Source: a virus
DNA: 64,000 bases
Strand: one strand, 5' to 3'
IMG/VR virus record: IMGVR_UViG_3300021389_000010
Coordinates: 18,426 to 82,425 of that record
Of the stretch, positions 52,853 to 62,324 are shown piece by piece. The notes below the pieces were generated by a model. It was not told the origin of the DNA. It was given only the letters and a program-made list of their open reading frames with translations, and ran no database searches. The position numbers were made by a program, and so were the translations under genes. Positions within the stretch are counted from its first letter, which is position 1. Each line of letters opens with the position of its first letter.

Positions 52853-53210
52853 AACCCTTAATTGTTGCAACAAACTTATCCTTCTCTACCTCAGGATCAT
52901 ACTGAGTTGACTGCTTAGTGAAGAACTTAGGGCTATCATCATGGATGTAACCGTGATTACGTAAGTAATCTGCTAAAAATTTACAACAACATATAGCGTT
53001 ATCAACATCAAACCGACAATTGTAACGCACATGTATCTCCATTGAATCAACCCAGAACTTATCGTGATCTTTGATTGCTTCGGCTATGGACTCCCAATAT
53101 TCTTTCTTGTATTTCACGCGCACTGCATAGTGGCGCCCACTATAGAATTTATTCAGTGATGGAGGCTTGGGTAATTGTATTACGATTTCTTCGTAAGCAT
53201 TCATACCCAT
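52830..53210 (-). CDS. RusA-like Holliday junction resolvase
   Basis: LPKPPSLN, DVDN...K..AD.L and DDSP motifs. Confidence 0.75.
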   Translation of the reverse strand: MGMNAYEEIVIQLPKPPSLNKFYSGRHYAVRVKYKKEYWESIAEAIKDHDKFWVDSMEIHVRYNCRFDVDNAICCCKFLADYLRNHGYIHDDSPKFFTKQSTQYDPEVEKDKFVATIKGYGYKIIE

Positions 53211-53220
53211 GAATATAATA

Positions 53221-54996
53221 CTATAACTTCAGTAATGCAACATTATATGCTGCGGGTTTAAAACTTTTATTACCGGTGGCCAGACCACTGAATCCGGTTT
53301 TAGTTGAATTGATTTCTAAAATGATTGGCTCGTCCCATGCGGTAGGTTCTCCTCCGGTCTCCTGGTTACGTTGTTTACGTACATGTATCTCCGTCCGTTG
53401 TCGAAGATCGTAGTCAGGTGAAGACACTTTTCTATGGAACGTAAGAAAAGAATCGGCCCTATTCACGAACTTACCGCCGCCTTCAGTCATTGCGGCACGA
53501 GGTGCTACCGGCAGGCCATCAGGCCCAACAGTCCTTTGTGCTTCAGTAATAGAGTGTGTGTTAAGCCATACCGCCATGTTGTTCTTAACGCTGAACGTAA
53601 GCATCTCTGAAGCGGCTTCATAATGATACTCATGAGAAGACACTTGATTGTTTTTTGACACCGTCATCTTTAATGAGTTGTATGGATCAATAAACAAACC
53701 ATGATAATCTTCTTGGCGTATAAGTTTCTCTGCAAATACAAGTAGATCGGTGTAAGAATATACCTGCTCATTACTAATCACTGTAAAGTATTTGTTTACC
53801 CATTTGTATGCGGCAACTCTTTCTTCATAGTGCATGTCTGTAATCTTCATGTCTACTACAAACTCCATCAGTCTCATCTTAACTGCCGCAGTTCTATTTT
53901 CTGAGGAGTAAATTATCCATCTCCATTTGTGTTTAATCGAAGAGCATACCATGAGATACAGCGCCATAGTAGTTTTACCCACGTTGCTGTGCCCGTTTAT
54001 AATTGTAAACTCCTTTTTAAATAAGTAGTGCTTATCAAGTTCAGGAAATCCCGTAGTCAAACCCTTCTCAATCTCTCCGTTAGCAAACTTATTAATCCAT
54101 TCATAGTCACTGTCATCAGAAGAAATGAAAGACATGTCCCCGTCATTGATACGCATCTCCCTACGTATCTTATTCTCATCGTCGATGATCTCACGAATAG
54201 GCATCATCTTGCCCTGGCTTAACCCATCGACAATAGTCTTCTTGGCTAAATCTAAATCCTCAACGGAGTCACGTAGTTGTAACTCACGTAGCATTACACG
54301 CACTGCTTCATCCTCTTCCATTCTTCCAGCAGATATGTATCCACCACATAGAATTGATGCTCTTAAAAGAGTGATGTGCTTCTCGCCATCAGGTGCCTTA
54401 CGAATCATACGAGCAACGATATCTATTTTATCGTAGTCGGTATATGATTTTCTTTCAGTGATATCCTCATGCTGAGTGTTCTCAGAGAGCATAGCCCCAA
54501 AGACTTTGTTATTGTCGTTGCTAATTAAGTCCGGGTCATAACTTTCAAAGCAAGCCCGTGATACATTAATACCTGAAGGGTCAACCTCTAAGCCATATGT
54601 TCTATCAAAGTATGCTTGCAGTGCACGGAAGTGGTCACGATGTCTTTCACTATTGGATATCTTCACCAATGCTTTAAGGCCATCACCACTTGGAGATCTC
54701 CAACATGCACGTATGTGTTCATCGGTTCCTAATAAAGCCTTATAGTCATCTACATCAATGTGATCAAAGTCTAATATAACATACCCACTATGTCCCTGGA
54801 TGTCGTCATCTCTTCTGCCTTTAAACACACCGGAGAACAAAGCAACGGGCAAAGTCTTTTTAACAGCGCTTTGACCACCTCTGACTTCATCAACCTTTGC
54901 TTGTGACTTACCTTCTCGTATCCTATCTAATGCGCTTTCTAATGATATATAATGAGGGTCATCAATGTTAGTTATCGATGAGAATATTGTAATCAT
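53221..54996 (-). CDS. primase-helicase (VirE-N/BT4734-like domain + DnaB-like helicase)
   Basis: HSG..ILDFD, SPSGDGLK, D.SG...SRACF; Walker A GHSNVGKT; FIDPYN. Confidence 0.82.
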   Translation of the reverse strand: MITIFSSITNIDDPHYISLESALDRIREGKSQAKVDEVRGGQSAVKKTLPVALFSGVFKGRRDDDIQGHSGYVILDFDHIDVDDYKALLGTDEHIRACWRSPSGDGLKALVKISNSERHRDHFRALQAYFDRTYGLEVDPSGINVSRACFESYDPDLISNDNNKVFGAMLSENTQHEDITERKSYTDYDKIDIVARMIRKAPDGEKHITLLRASILCGGYISAGRMEEDEAVRVMLRELQLRDSVEDLDLAKKTIVDGLSQGKMMPIREIIDDENKIRREMRINDGDMSFISSDDSDYEWINKFANGEIEKGLTTGFPELDKHYLFKKEFTIINGHSNVGKTTMALYLMVCSSIKHKWRWIIYSSENRTAAVKMRLMEFVVDMKITDMHYEERVAAYKWVNKYFTVISNEQVYSYTDLLVFAEKLIRQEDYHGLFIDPYNSLKMTVSKNNQVSSHEYHYEAASEMLTFSVKNNMAVWLNTHSITEAQRTVGPDGLPVAPRAAMTEGGGKFVNRADSFLTFHRKVSSPDYDLRQRTEIHVRKQRNQETGGEPTAWDEPIILEINSTKTGFSGLATGNKSFKPAAYNVALLKL

Positions 54997-54997
54997 T

Positions 54998-55282
54998 TCA
55001 TTTGAAATCGCTGACATAGGAATCTTCTTTATGGTATTCAGAGAACCCAATCTTCTTTTGGACAAGAATTTTGGAGACCCTGAAGTTATGTTTTTTAACT
55101 TTAGTACTCATGCATTTTTCTAAAAAAAATAATGCTTTTGAATCCCTATTTAGATCATGCAGATTTTTGGCTCTGCTTACACACTCCAACTCATAACCCT
55201 TAAAGAGATGCATCTTCTTACCAATCTTTCTTTGGTATATGATATTGACTTTGTAATAAAAGATGTCCTGGCCTTTACTCAT
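54998..55282 (-). CDS. hypothetical basic protein
   Basis: Likely start MSKGQDIF; operon packing. Confidence 0.55.
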   Translation of the reverse strand: MSKGQDIFYYKVNIIYQRKIGKKMHLFKGYELECVSRAKNLHDLNRDSKALFFLEKCMSTKVKKHNFRVSKILVQKKIGFSEYHKEDSYVSDFK

Positions 55283-55469
55283 CCTTTTTATTCTTGCAAT
55301 CACACTCTTCTTCCAGGTCTTCTCTAATATGAAATACGTGATCGCAATAAGATTGTAAACTACTCTGACACCAAACACAAAATGCTACCGGCATGATCCC
55401 AAAGTTTCCATACACAAACTGCTCATCTTCCTCCGAACCACATATGGTGCATTCCTTTAATTCCATCAT
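55275..55469 (-). CDS. small zinc-finger protein
   Basis: CTIC...FCVWC motif. Confidence 0.65.
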   Translation of the reverse strand: MMELKECTICGSEEDEQFVYGNFGIMPVAFCVWCQSSLQSYCDHVFHIREDLEEECDCKNKKDE

Positions 55470-55930
55470 ACCGGCAGTGTTACTATTTCTGATGCACTTA
55501 ATATTGCAAACTCATTCCAATTCTGAGGAGCGTCCGCATATATTATTACCTTGTACTTTAGTTTAGTATCGCTTACTTCGGACTCATCAACTAAATCTCT
55601 TATGAGTTCAATGCCTTCAAAATACTTTCTTTGATAATCAGGATCTACAGTTTTACCATTTGCATATACCCCCATACATTTAGCATGAGTTTTTTCAGCG
55701 TGTATGACTGTTGAGTGATCCCGATTGAATATTTTACCAAGAGATTGGTAACTCATAGCGGTATTAAATCTCAAGTAAGACCAAATTAATGTCCGGGTTT
55801 GTACTAAATCACGATTGCGATTGCTTAGGTATAGATGCGGTGCGTGAACCTCATTCAGGTTCGAATACACAGTAATCACAGCATCGATTATCGCCTTGTT
55901 CTTTCTATTAATAAATGTGTGGTAGTCCAT
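55466..55930 (-). CDS. DnaA C-terminal (domain IV)-like HTH protein
   Basis: SYQSLGKIFNRDHSTVIHA matches the DnaA domain IV signature. Confidence 0.8.
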   Translation of the reverse strand: MDYHTFINRKNKAIIDAVITVYSNLNEVHAPHLYLSNRNRDLVQTRTLIWSYLRFNTAMSYQSLGKIFNRDHSTVIHAEKTHAKCMGVYANGKTVDPDYQRKYFEGIELIRDLVDESEVSDTKLKYKVIIYADAPQNWNEFAILSASEIVTLPV

Positions 55931-56154
55931 TACTTCTCGGATATAACTTTAAAATATTCTGGCGCAACCTTTTCGATTTGCATTAAGAGTATAACTTCTT
56001 TCTCTCGTAGAGATTCACTTGATCCTGGATCATGTTTGCTTTTAGTTCCGTTAGATGCATGAAGTAAACTCAACTCCTCTAATTTACCATCAACGTACTC
56101 ACGTACTTCTTTACACATAGCACGCCGGCTAACAGCGGTACATTTATTTTTCAT
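55930..56154 (-). CDS. hypothetical protein
   Basis: 74 aa, TAATG-coupled. Confidence 0.65.
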   Translation of the reverse strand: MKNKCTAVSRRAMCKEVREYVDGKLEELSLLHASNGTKSKHDPGSSESLREKEVILLMQIEKVAPEYFKVISEK

Positions 56155-56244
56155 ATCTCTTTAGGATTTTTTTTATCTCCTTAATACGTATGTGATTTTT
56201 ACGAATTAAAGTAAATGACATTATAGATACCAATACCAATACAA

Positions 56245-56388
56245 TCATCTCTCTTTGGTGTTAAAGGTGTCGTCGTAGTAGTCTTGAAATTTTATACGCT
56301 TACCATACAAAGCACCATCCGCATAAACTTTTTCAAGAATCAGTTTTGTTATGACTGAACTATCTACTACTTCTTTCGGCTCACCCAT
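56245..56388 (-). CDS. small protein ending TFNTKER
   Basis: Manual translation MGEPKEVV...QDYYDDTFNTKER*. Confidence 0.5.
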   Translation of the reverse strand: MGEPKEVVDSSVITKLILEKVYADGALYGKRIKFQDYYDDTFNTKER

Positions 56389-56495
56389 GTTGCATACATT
56401 TTTGCGGCCCAAGCCTTTCTCTGTTGCTTGTTAGGGTATACCTTTCTTAACCTCGCATTAGCGATTCTCAGAAACTGTTTCATTAGATCACTCAT
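56367..56495 (-). CDS. small basic protein
   Basis: Manual translation MSDLMKQFLRIANARLRKVYPNKQQRKAWAAKMYATWVSRKK*; ATGA-coupled. Confidence 0.6.
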   Translation of the reverse strand: MSDLMKQFLRIANARLRKVYPNKQQRKAWAAKMYATWVSRKK

Positions 56496-57157
56496 AAGTA
56501 AACAACTTTATCAATTGCATATACGTCGTCGGCTTCTTCAAACACCAAGTATCCATTACTCTCAAGCAACTCAATTACTTTATTTGAATCATAGTGTTTT
56601 GTTTCTGCCTTAATCAAAGACGGGCGTAAGGCTCTATTATTAAAGTCAATAGATGATAATATAGTATAGTCGTGACCCTCAGTATCTAACTTTAGAAAGT
56701 CTACACGAGGAATCCCACCCATAAATACAGCGTCTTCATACGTTATTGTACTAACGGTGTATTGATCTACGAACTTTTTGTTCCTTTCTTTAGTGTACTC
56801 AGTGAAGGTAGACATCCCCGCATAATCGTTATCCTTTTCAACTTTGTCTTCCTTGTATACATCCATAACTCTACTACCACGTTTGTCGTCTATCGCAGAA
56901 TTAATGTACGTTATGCCGTTATAACGATCCAGCATGTTAAGGTATTTAACCACCGGCTCAACAACAACGCCGTGCCACCCAGCATCACCAAGTGTTTCGT
57001 TTAGTGTGTCAAAGTAACAAGTACCTATTTCAACAAAGTATTTCCTACCCGTTAAAAGATTAGACAATTCTTTTTTATCACCTCCTGGTGCCAAAATTCC
57101 ACGTCCACCTTTTGAATCGCGCTGAATACTACTGAGTTCCTTTTTTTTAGTTGCCAT
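56492..57157 (-). CDS. FkbM-family SAM methyltransferase
   Basis: FVEIG, W.GVVVEP and VDFLKLDTEGHD motifs. Confidence 0.82.
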   Translation of the reverse strand: MATKKKELSSIQRDSKGGRGILAPGGDKKELSNLLTGRKYFVEIGTCYFDTLNETLGDAGWHGVVVEPVVKYLNMLDRYNGITYINSAIDDKRGSRVMDVYKEDKVEKDNDYAGMSTFTEYTKERNKKFVDQYTVSTITYEDAVFMGGIPRVDFLKLDTEGHDYTILSSIDFNNRALRPSLIKAETKHYDSNKVIELLESNGYLVFEEADDVYAIDKVVYL

Positions 57158-57317
57158 CTTTTTCTTCTTCTATTATAAGTTATACTATAAGTGTTAGGAA
57201 TTCTAACCTCATCTTTTGATACGTTTCCGAAATTACTCATGATAATAAGATTAAAGAAGGGGCGCCCCTTTTCAAAAGAGTTTTGCGTTATCTTAATTTA
57301 GAACGCCCCTACTTAAT

Positions 57318-57605
57318 TTAGAACGGCAAGTCACCGGCGGGCTGTGCCGCGACCGTGTCGTTCTGATTGTTCTTGGTGTACTGCTGGTTCTTCGGCGCTC
57401 TTGGATTGAACGTCGACATGAACGCAACTCCATCGTTCTTGATCACGAAGTCGATGTTTACATTACCTGATGAGGTAAGGTACTTCTTCAACTCATCAAG
57501 TTGATGCTCTTTAAAAGAGATATCATACTTCACGACACCGCTGTCGTACTCCTTCTTCTCGCCTACATATCCAATGTAGACGTCCTTTTTTTCTTGTTCT
57601 GACAT
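57318..57605 (-). CDS. putative single-stranded DNA-binding protein
   Basis: Beta-rich with a DLPF C-terminal tail; next to the recombination genes. Confidence 0.65.
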   Translation of the reverse strand: MSEQEKKDVYIGYVGEKKEYDSGVVKYDISFKEHQLDELKKYLTSSGNVNIDFVIKNDGVAFMSTFNPRAPKNQQYTKNNQNDTVAAQPAGDLPF

Positions 57606-57619
57606 AGGTCAATAAAGAA

Positions 57620-58399
57620 TTAAATTTCCCCTTGAATAAAAAAATGACTGGCTGTGCCACCTTCTTCATAATGCGACTTGATTATGTTGAGGGCTTTAGC
57701 AACCTTCTTTTTACCGAAGTCAAGGGTTTCTTCGGATGCTTTAAATACTGCTGGTAAATATGGGTATGCTTTCTCTTGCACTACCCAATAGAAATCTTTC
57801 ACCCCAAATGCTTGGGTGTATATGTATGCTTGTATGTCGTAGCCATAGGCGATTACATCTCTTGAGAATCCTTTAACGCTTCGTGAGGATTTAGAATCCG
57901 ATATGAATCCATCTCCAAGTGCGTCCAGGAATCCACGTACCGGAACTGTTATGCCGTCAAAATCAATCTCTTGTAGAAACTCTACCTGAAAATCTCCTTC
58001 AAGATATATCTGCCGTACACCACTATCATCAAGACGAGTGATCATGTCCACACATTGAGTATAGTCTTCTTCACTGATGAGTTCTTTGCCGGTAGCCTTC
58101 TCCTGCTCCATTGCTTTCCACTCTTTGTACTTCTTTGTCATGGCTGGACTTTTACCTCCAATCTCCTTGAGTATATGAGCGTCGTCTAACACATAGAACT
58201 GATCGTTAAAGACTTCGGGCGTAAACAAAAGACAATCGTAAGCACTTCCAAAAGTTAATGCCTTAGACGTCTTCTTAAGTTTACCTTGCATGTATAACTC
58301 AAACAGCGCAATGTCTTGTAGTGCAAGTTTAATAGATGAGTAAGAGAGATACTTCTTACCGGTCTTATCTACTAAAGATTCAAACCATCCATTAGTCAT
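57620..58399 (-). CDS. PD-(D/E)xK exonuclease (RecE/exonuclease VIII-like)
   Basis: LSYSSIK, FGSAYD, RGFLD, SDSKS and YGYDIQAYIY motifs. Confidence 0.8.
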   Translation of the reverse strand: MTNGWFESLVDKTGKKYLSYSSIKLALQDIALFELYMQGKLKKTSKALTFGSAYDCLLFTPEVFNDQFYVLDDAHILKEIGGKSPAMTKKYKEWKAMEQEKATGKELISEEDYTQCVDMITRLDDSGVRQIYLEGDFQVEFLQEIDFDGITVPVRGFLDALGDGFISDSKSSRSVKGFSRDVIAYGYDIQAYIYTQAFGVKDFYWVVQEKAYPYLPAVFKASEETLDFGKKKVAKALNIIKSHYEEGGTASHFFIQGEI

Positions 58400-58932
58400 A
58401 TCAATTTATTTAACTTCTCTATTTGAGACTTAGATAATGTTGTGCCGTACTTGGTCTTGATCTGCCCTAATCGTTGAGCACGTTCAGGTTTATTCGAGCC
58501 TCCCTTGATGTAATCAACAGCGCTTTTATACACTTCGTTCAACGACTGCTTTGTTTCGGGTGCACCATTACTTTGTTTAGCAATAGCCATGTCTACCTCG
58601 TCTGCCGTAGCAATAGATGTTTCTATACCGATGCCCAGGAATCCAAGTGCTCTACCCACCGCTGAAGTTTCGCAGTTCTCTACGTACGATGTTTGATTGA
58701 TACGAGATGAACTCTTGTCCTCTTGAGCCATTCCTTGAGCAACGATGTTGCCTTCTGCATTGGTTATAGTTGCCTGGATTACACATGAGTCAGCATCTAA
58801 CTGCACGACGTCGGTTTGTAATGAAAAGTTTTTGTACTCACTTAAAGTACGGAAGGCGATTACCCGTTGATTAACTTCAACGTACTGTTTGCCCTTGATG
58901 TTTGTAGTTTTAAACTGATAAGTATTGCTCAT
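58396..58932 (-). CDS. putative single-strand annealing protein
   Basis: IKGKQYV.V..R and ENCETSAVGRALG motifs; adjacent to the exonuclease and SSB. Confidence 0.65.
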   Translation of the reverse strand: MSNTYQFKTTNIKGKQYVEVNQRVIAFRTLSEYKNFSLQTDVVQLDADSCVIQATITNAEGNIVAQGMAQEDKSSSRINQTSYVENCETSAVGRALGFLGIGIETSIATADEVDMAIAKQSNGAPETKQSLNEVYKSAVDYIKGGSNKPERAQRLGQIKTKYGTTLSKSQIEKLNKLI

Positions 58933-58976
58933 AGCATAAATTTATTTGTACAATAATACACACTCTAATGTTAATA

Positions 58977-59480
58977 TCAAAGAAGTTTGTTCATTATTTT
59001 CTTCCCCGGCTCTCCTAATTCTTCTGCAAGTAATCGTATTGCATTGTACTGCTGACGCCCCCTTTCATAGGCAATGAAGTCATCCGAACGTGCATATGTC
59101 TTGTCGTGTGCTTCAATGTTATTCACAAGACGCACTCCTTTCCAAGCATTGCCTTTGTTAATAAAGTAGGGCGTGTCGGGATCTTCATCGTGCATCTCTT
59201 CGCTCACAGAATCCCATGTAGATTCACAAGGCTCGTAACCAGCACCGGTTTTCTCAATTGTGTAGTAGGTATCACCATCTTCAAAGGGATAGTTCGGCGT
59301 GAGTTCTTCCTTATGGATTAGTTCTGCGGTTTCGTATTTGTCCCTATCAACGTGACGTATACCTGTAATGCTTACTCCAGCATCCCGTGACAGAATTCTT
59401 CTTGCATCTTCCTCAGTGTATGCTTCTACTTCATAGGTCAATGTGCAAGGCACTTCAAACGTGTAGTTTGTTTTTCTCAT
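58977..59480 (-). CDS. hypothetical protein
   Basis: 167 aa containing YPFEDGDTYYTIE. Confidence 0.7.
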   Translation of the reverse strand: MRKTNYTFEVPCTLTYEVEAYTEEDARRILSRDAGVSITGIRHVDRDKYETAELIHKEELTPNYPFEDGDTYYTIEKTGAGYEPCESTWDSVSEEMHDEDPDTPYFINKGNAWKGVRLVNNIEAHDKTYARSDDFIAYERGRQQYNAIRLLAEELGEPGKKIMNKLL

Positions 59481-59701
59481 AGTTTATCTATTTCAATTAA
59501 TTTATACTCGATATTATATCTATTAATCATACGGAATACAGTCCTGGCGGTCACACCTAAATGCTTAGATGCTTCCTTGACATTCTTGTATTTACGTAGT
59601 GCATGGGTAACCATGACCACATGGTAGCGTTCAATGTTTAAGTCTTCTTGTGGGTACTTCATCCCTTCGACTTCCTTATATAACATAAACTCTCCCATCA
59701 C
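59477..59701 (-). CDS. Fis-type HTH protein
   Basis: AL.KY.NVKEASKHLGVTARTVFR. Confidence 0.75.
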   Translation of the reverse strand: MMGEFMLYKEVEGMKYPQEDLNIERYHVVMVTHALRKYKNVKEASKHLGVTARTVFRMINRYNIEYKLIEIDKL

Positions 59702-59883
59702 ATACGTATTAATCTTAGCCTACGTTGATACTTACGAATCAACAGCGCAGAATTAGTTAGTTGATGTTGAATATCTTTTGACCAACCCATCCTACTTGCA
59801 TATAGCGTGAGGTTAATCTGATCTAACTCAAGCATACGTAGGTACGCTTCCGTTCTTCTTATGTGTTTACGTTTACGTATCAT
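59698..59883 (-). CDS. small basic protein (paralog of 209-394)
   Basis: 55/61 aa identical. Confidence 0.85.
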   Translation of the reverse strand: MIRKRKHIRRTEAYLRMLELDQINLTLYASRMGWSKDIQHQLTNSALLIRKYQRRLRLIRM

Positions 59884-60017
59884 ACTCCAGCAAGGTATTT
59901 AATTACTTGAACAATACAATAAAAGAAAGTAAAGATTGGCCCATAAAGAAAGAACCAAGCCAACGCTTCCACCAGCATAGATGGTTTGCGCTTAGGTTTA
60001 AAATCATTTTCAGTCAT
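59880..60017 (-). CDS. small membrane protein (paralog of 396-539)
   Basis: Manual translation MTENDFKPKRKPSMLVEALAWFFLYGPIFTFFYCIVQVIKYLAGV*. Confidence 0.75.
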   Translation of the reverse strand: MTENDFKPKRKPSMLVEALAWFFLYGPIFTFFYCIVQVIKYLAGV

Positions 60018-60250
60018 AAAAAAAGTACATTATGTCGCCATGTTTTTTGGTCAACGTTACATTCAAGTTTATAATATCCCAAGACGTCTGCAAATAAATC
60101 GTCACTTACATCATACCAAGCGGTTATGATTGCTATGTCCGCCTTCGTTATGTTACCATGAGCGTTATTCCTTTTCCAATTGTTTGCAACTTTTACAAAG
60201 TCCTTAAAGCATAGTATATCCATAGCATTAATCGTTTTCAATTCCAGCAT
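60014..60250 (-). CDS. hypothetical protein
   Basis: Operon packing; the start may be 60223. Confidence 0.6.
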   Translation of the reverse strand: MLELKTINAMDILCFKDFVKVANNWKRNNAHGNITKADIAIITAWYDVSDDLFADVLGYYKLECNVDQKTWRHNVLFL

Positions 60251-60440
60251 GAGATAAATCCCTCATGCATAATTCAACAATAGATAATTCACGGCGCACT
60301 TCTACTTCAAGCATCGCAAGTTTCTCAACAGCGTTACGTAACTTGAGTGCTTCAAAACTATGGTGTAATATTTCCGCAGTTTCCAGGGCATGATACACAT
60401 CTCGTGTAATTTGCTCAATAAGTTTTACTTGATTACTCAT
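60228..60440 (-). CDS. hypothetical protein (paralog of 1481-1636)
   Basis: ETAEILH...LAMLEVE aligns to DTAALLH...LAKAEVE. Confidence 0.65.
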   Translation of the reverse strand: MSNQVKLIEQITRDVYHALETAEILHHSFEALKLRNAVEKLAMLEVEVRRELSIVELCMRDLSHAGIEND

Positions 60441-60642
60441 TTAACAATTCTTCTATGTCGTTAATAGCCAACTCAATTTCGTGGTCTTGTGAACCACCTT
60501 CTTCAATCTCCATCATCGCTAAGTCAAAGAAGCCCATGACTTCTGCTTTTAGGTGTGGGTTCTCCTCAATAGTTTTCTTACAAAAGAAAATAAACTGATC
60601 CATCATATCGTCATCCATTTTATTTAACTGATTCATATTCAT
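60433..60642 (-). CDS. small acidic protein (paralog of 2236-2442)
   Basis: FFDLAMMEIEEGGSQDHEIELA. Confidence 0.8.
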   Translation of the reverse strand: MNMNQLNKMDDDMMDQFIFFCKKTIEENPHLKAEVMGFFDLAMMEIEEGGSQDHEIELAINDIEELLNE

Positions 60643-60892
60643 TAATCAAACCTTCTAAGGCTTCTTCAATATCGTAACTATGCAAGTCCGCATCGGGGAA
60701 TTGCTTTCGTAACACCTCGTATACAACGCGGTTAGGCATTACCCCAGCACCATCTATGTAGGTACCTCCCCCCGCTCCATCATTCCAAATCTCGAATCCA
60801 AGATTGGTTTTACATTGGTATCCTAAACCTCTACGTGTTTCAAAATACCTTACGCTTTTAACGTACACCTTTGTGTCCTCCATGCTATCCAT
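60620..60892 (-). CDS. hypothetical protein
   Basis: VRYFETRRGLGY...IWNDG.GG motif. Confidence 0.7.
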   Translation of the reverse strand: MDSMEDTKVYVKSVRYFETRRGLGYQCKTNLGFEIWNDGAGGGTYIDGAGVMPNRVVYEVLRKQFPDADLHSYDIEEALEGLINEYESVK

Positions 60893-61379
60893 ATATAAAT
60901 TCAGGTAGACGGCTCATCTCACGACATACCTTTACGCATTGGTTAATGATTACAAGAGCATCATATACCTCTTGCATAGCATCATTCCATATCGTAGATA
61001 ATTTGGCTTCGAAAAACTCCCTATCTTCTGCATCTCCATTACGTTCCCAATCGTACACCGCTTCATTAGAATAATGCAATGCATCCAAGTAGCATTCTAT
61101 TGCGCCATCACGCTGGATTAAAAGTGCATCATGGTATGTTTCATTGCTATCGCCGTTGACCGTGTCAAAAATGCCCCATTCATTATAAGCCTTGCATATT
61201 GCACGAATGTGGTTTTCTGCAACGCTTTGAGCACACCCAAATCTATTCGATGTGTGATGTTCTTTTGGTTGTACAATGAACTTTATTCCTATGTCCCGAT
61301 ATTGGTCGTATAGCATTTCACGAGCAATAAACTGTTTTGTCAATTGGCGTAGTGCATAAGTCTTCTGATTTTCTATCAT
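60885..61379 (-). CDS. hypothetical protein
   Basis: 164 aa directly downstream of an early promoter. Confidence 0.7.
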   Translation of the reverse strand: MIENQKTYALRQLTKQFIAREMLYDQYRDIGIKFIVQPKEHHTSNRFGCAQSVAENHIRAICKAYNEWGIFDTVNGDSNETYHDALLIQRDGAIECYLDALHYSNEAVYDWERNGDAEDREFFEAKLSTIWNDAMQEVYDALVIINQCVKVCREMSRLPEFIYG

Positions 61380-61402
61380 ACGAAAGTTTTTAAGTGATGG
61401 GG

Positions 61403-61448
61403 CAAACGTACGGCCCCTAAATTTAGATTTGCGTTAATGAAATGTTAA
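61403..61448 (-). promoter_or_regulatory. early promoter TTAACA-N5-TTAACG-N21-TACGTTTG
   Basis: Conserved architecture. Confidence 0.75.
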
Positions 61449-61453
61449 AACCT

Positions 61454-61735
61454 CTAAGCAATGTTCCAGCCATCGTAATTATTCAACTCATCTAACAGCG
61501 CACCATATAACTCATGGTCACGGTCAATGCCTATGTTTTCCATTTCTATTTTCATGCCTCGTATAAGGCCTTCAACTGCATAATTTTCAATACTACTGAT
61601 ACTTATTTGTTGCATCAGTTCTTCAATGCGTTCCTCACGCTCCTCTTTAGAGGTTAGGTGTAATCCAATTCCGTCCATACGCTTACTTTTTCCTTTTAAA
61701 TATTTGATTAATAATTTGCTTTTGTAGATGTGCAT
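61454..61735 (-). CDS. hypothetical protein
   Basis: Operon packing; the start is probably internal (MDGIG). Confidence 0.55.
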   Translation of the reverse strand: MHIYKSKLLIKYLKGKSKRMDGIGLHLTSKEEREERIEELMQQISISSIENYAVEGLIRGMKIEMENIGIDRDHELYGALLDELNNYDGWNIA

Positions 61736-62006
61736 CTAATACATTCCATTGCACAGCCATATCGTTCACTCCTAAATCTTCCCACGCTTCTTCGTGATTC
61801 CCGTAGACTATAACATCTCCGTCCTTCCATGTCAGTAGTTCATGCTTCCCTTGGTAGTCTACAATGACGTACCAATCGCATGAGTATTTAGGGTGCATGT
61901 GTATGCCTCCCGTTTCATCGGCGCATTCATGATCCATTATTTGCCCTTCATCATCTACGATGTCGTAGGCACAATTCTCACAGTGTTTGTAGTACATAAA
62001 ATTCAA
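61683..62006 (-). CDS. hypothetical protein
   Basis: 107 aa. Confidence 0.65.
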   Translation of the reverse strand: MNFMYYKHCENCAYDIVDDEGQIMDHECADETGGIHMHPKYSCDWYVIVDYQGKHELLTWKDGDVIVYGNHEEAWEDLGVNDMAVQWNVLDAHLQKQIINQIFKRKK

Positions 62007-62007
62007 T

Positions 62008-62310
62008 TTAGTATTCTGCTTGTACCAAGATGTCCTTCGATTCTCGCGGTACCTCCGTTATCAAGTACTCAATGCGGTTTACAAATCGATATCCACTATC
62101 AATGAATAATTCTTCCCCATCGCCATCAACCAGCGTCCATATGTTTAACGCATCGTTGTCTTGATTTTCTTTAAGGAACTGTATGTCGTCCTCATCGTGA
62201 GTGCAAAAGAAAATACCCGTACTTTTTGTGTTTTCTATGGGCTTGTATTTACGCTCCCAATTCTCGAATGATAGTAACTCGTAGTTACTTTTCTTTTCAA
62301 TGTATTCCAT
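62008..62310 (-). CDS. hypothetical protein
   Basis: IWTLVDGD...SGYRFVNRI.Y motif; start at ATGCTTATG. Confidence 0.7.
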   Translation of the reverse strand: MEYIEKKSNYELLSFENWERKYKPIENTKSTGIFFCTHDEDDIQFLKENQDNDALNIWTLVDGDGEELFIDSGYRFVNRIEYLITEVPRESKDILVQAEY

Positions 62311-62324
62311 AAGCATCAATTAAA

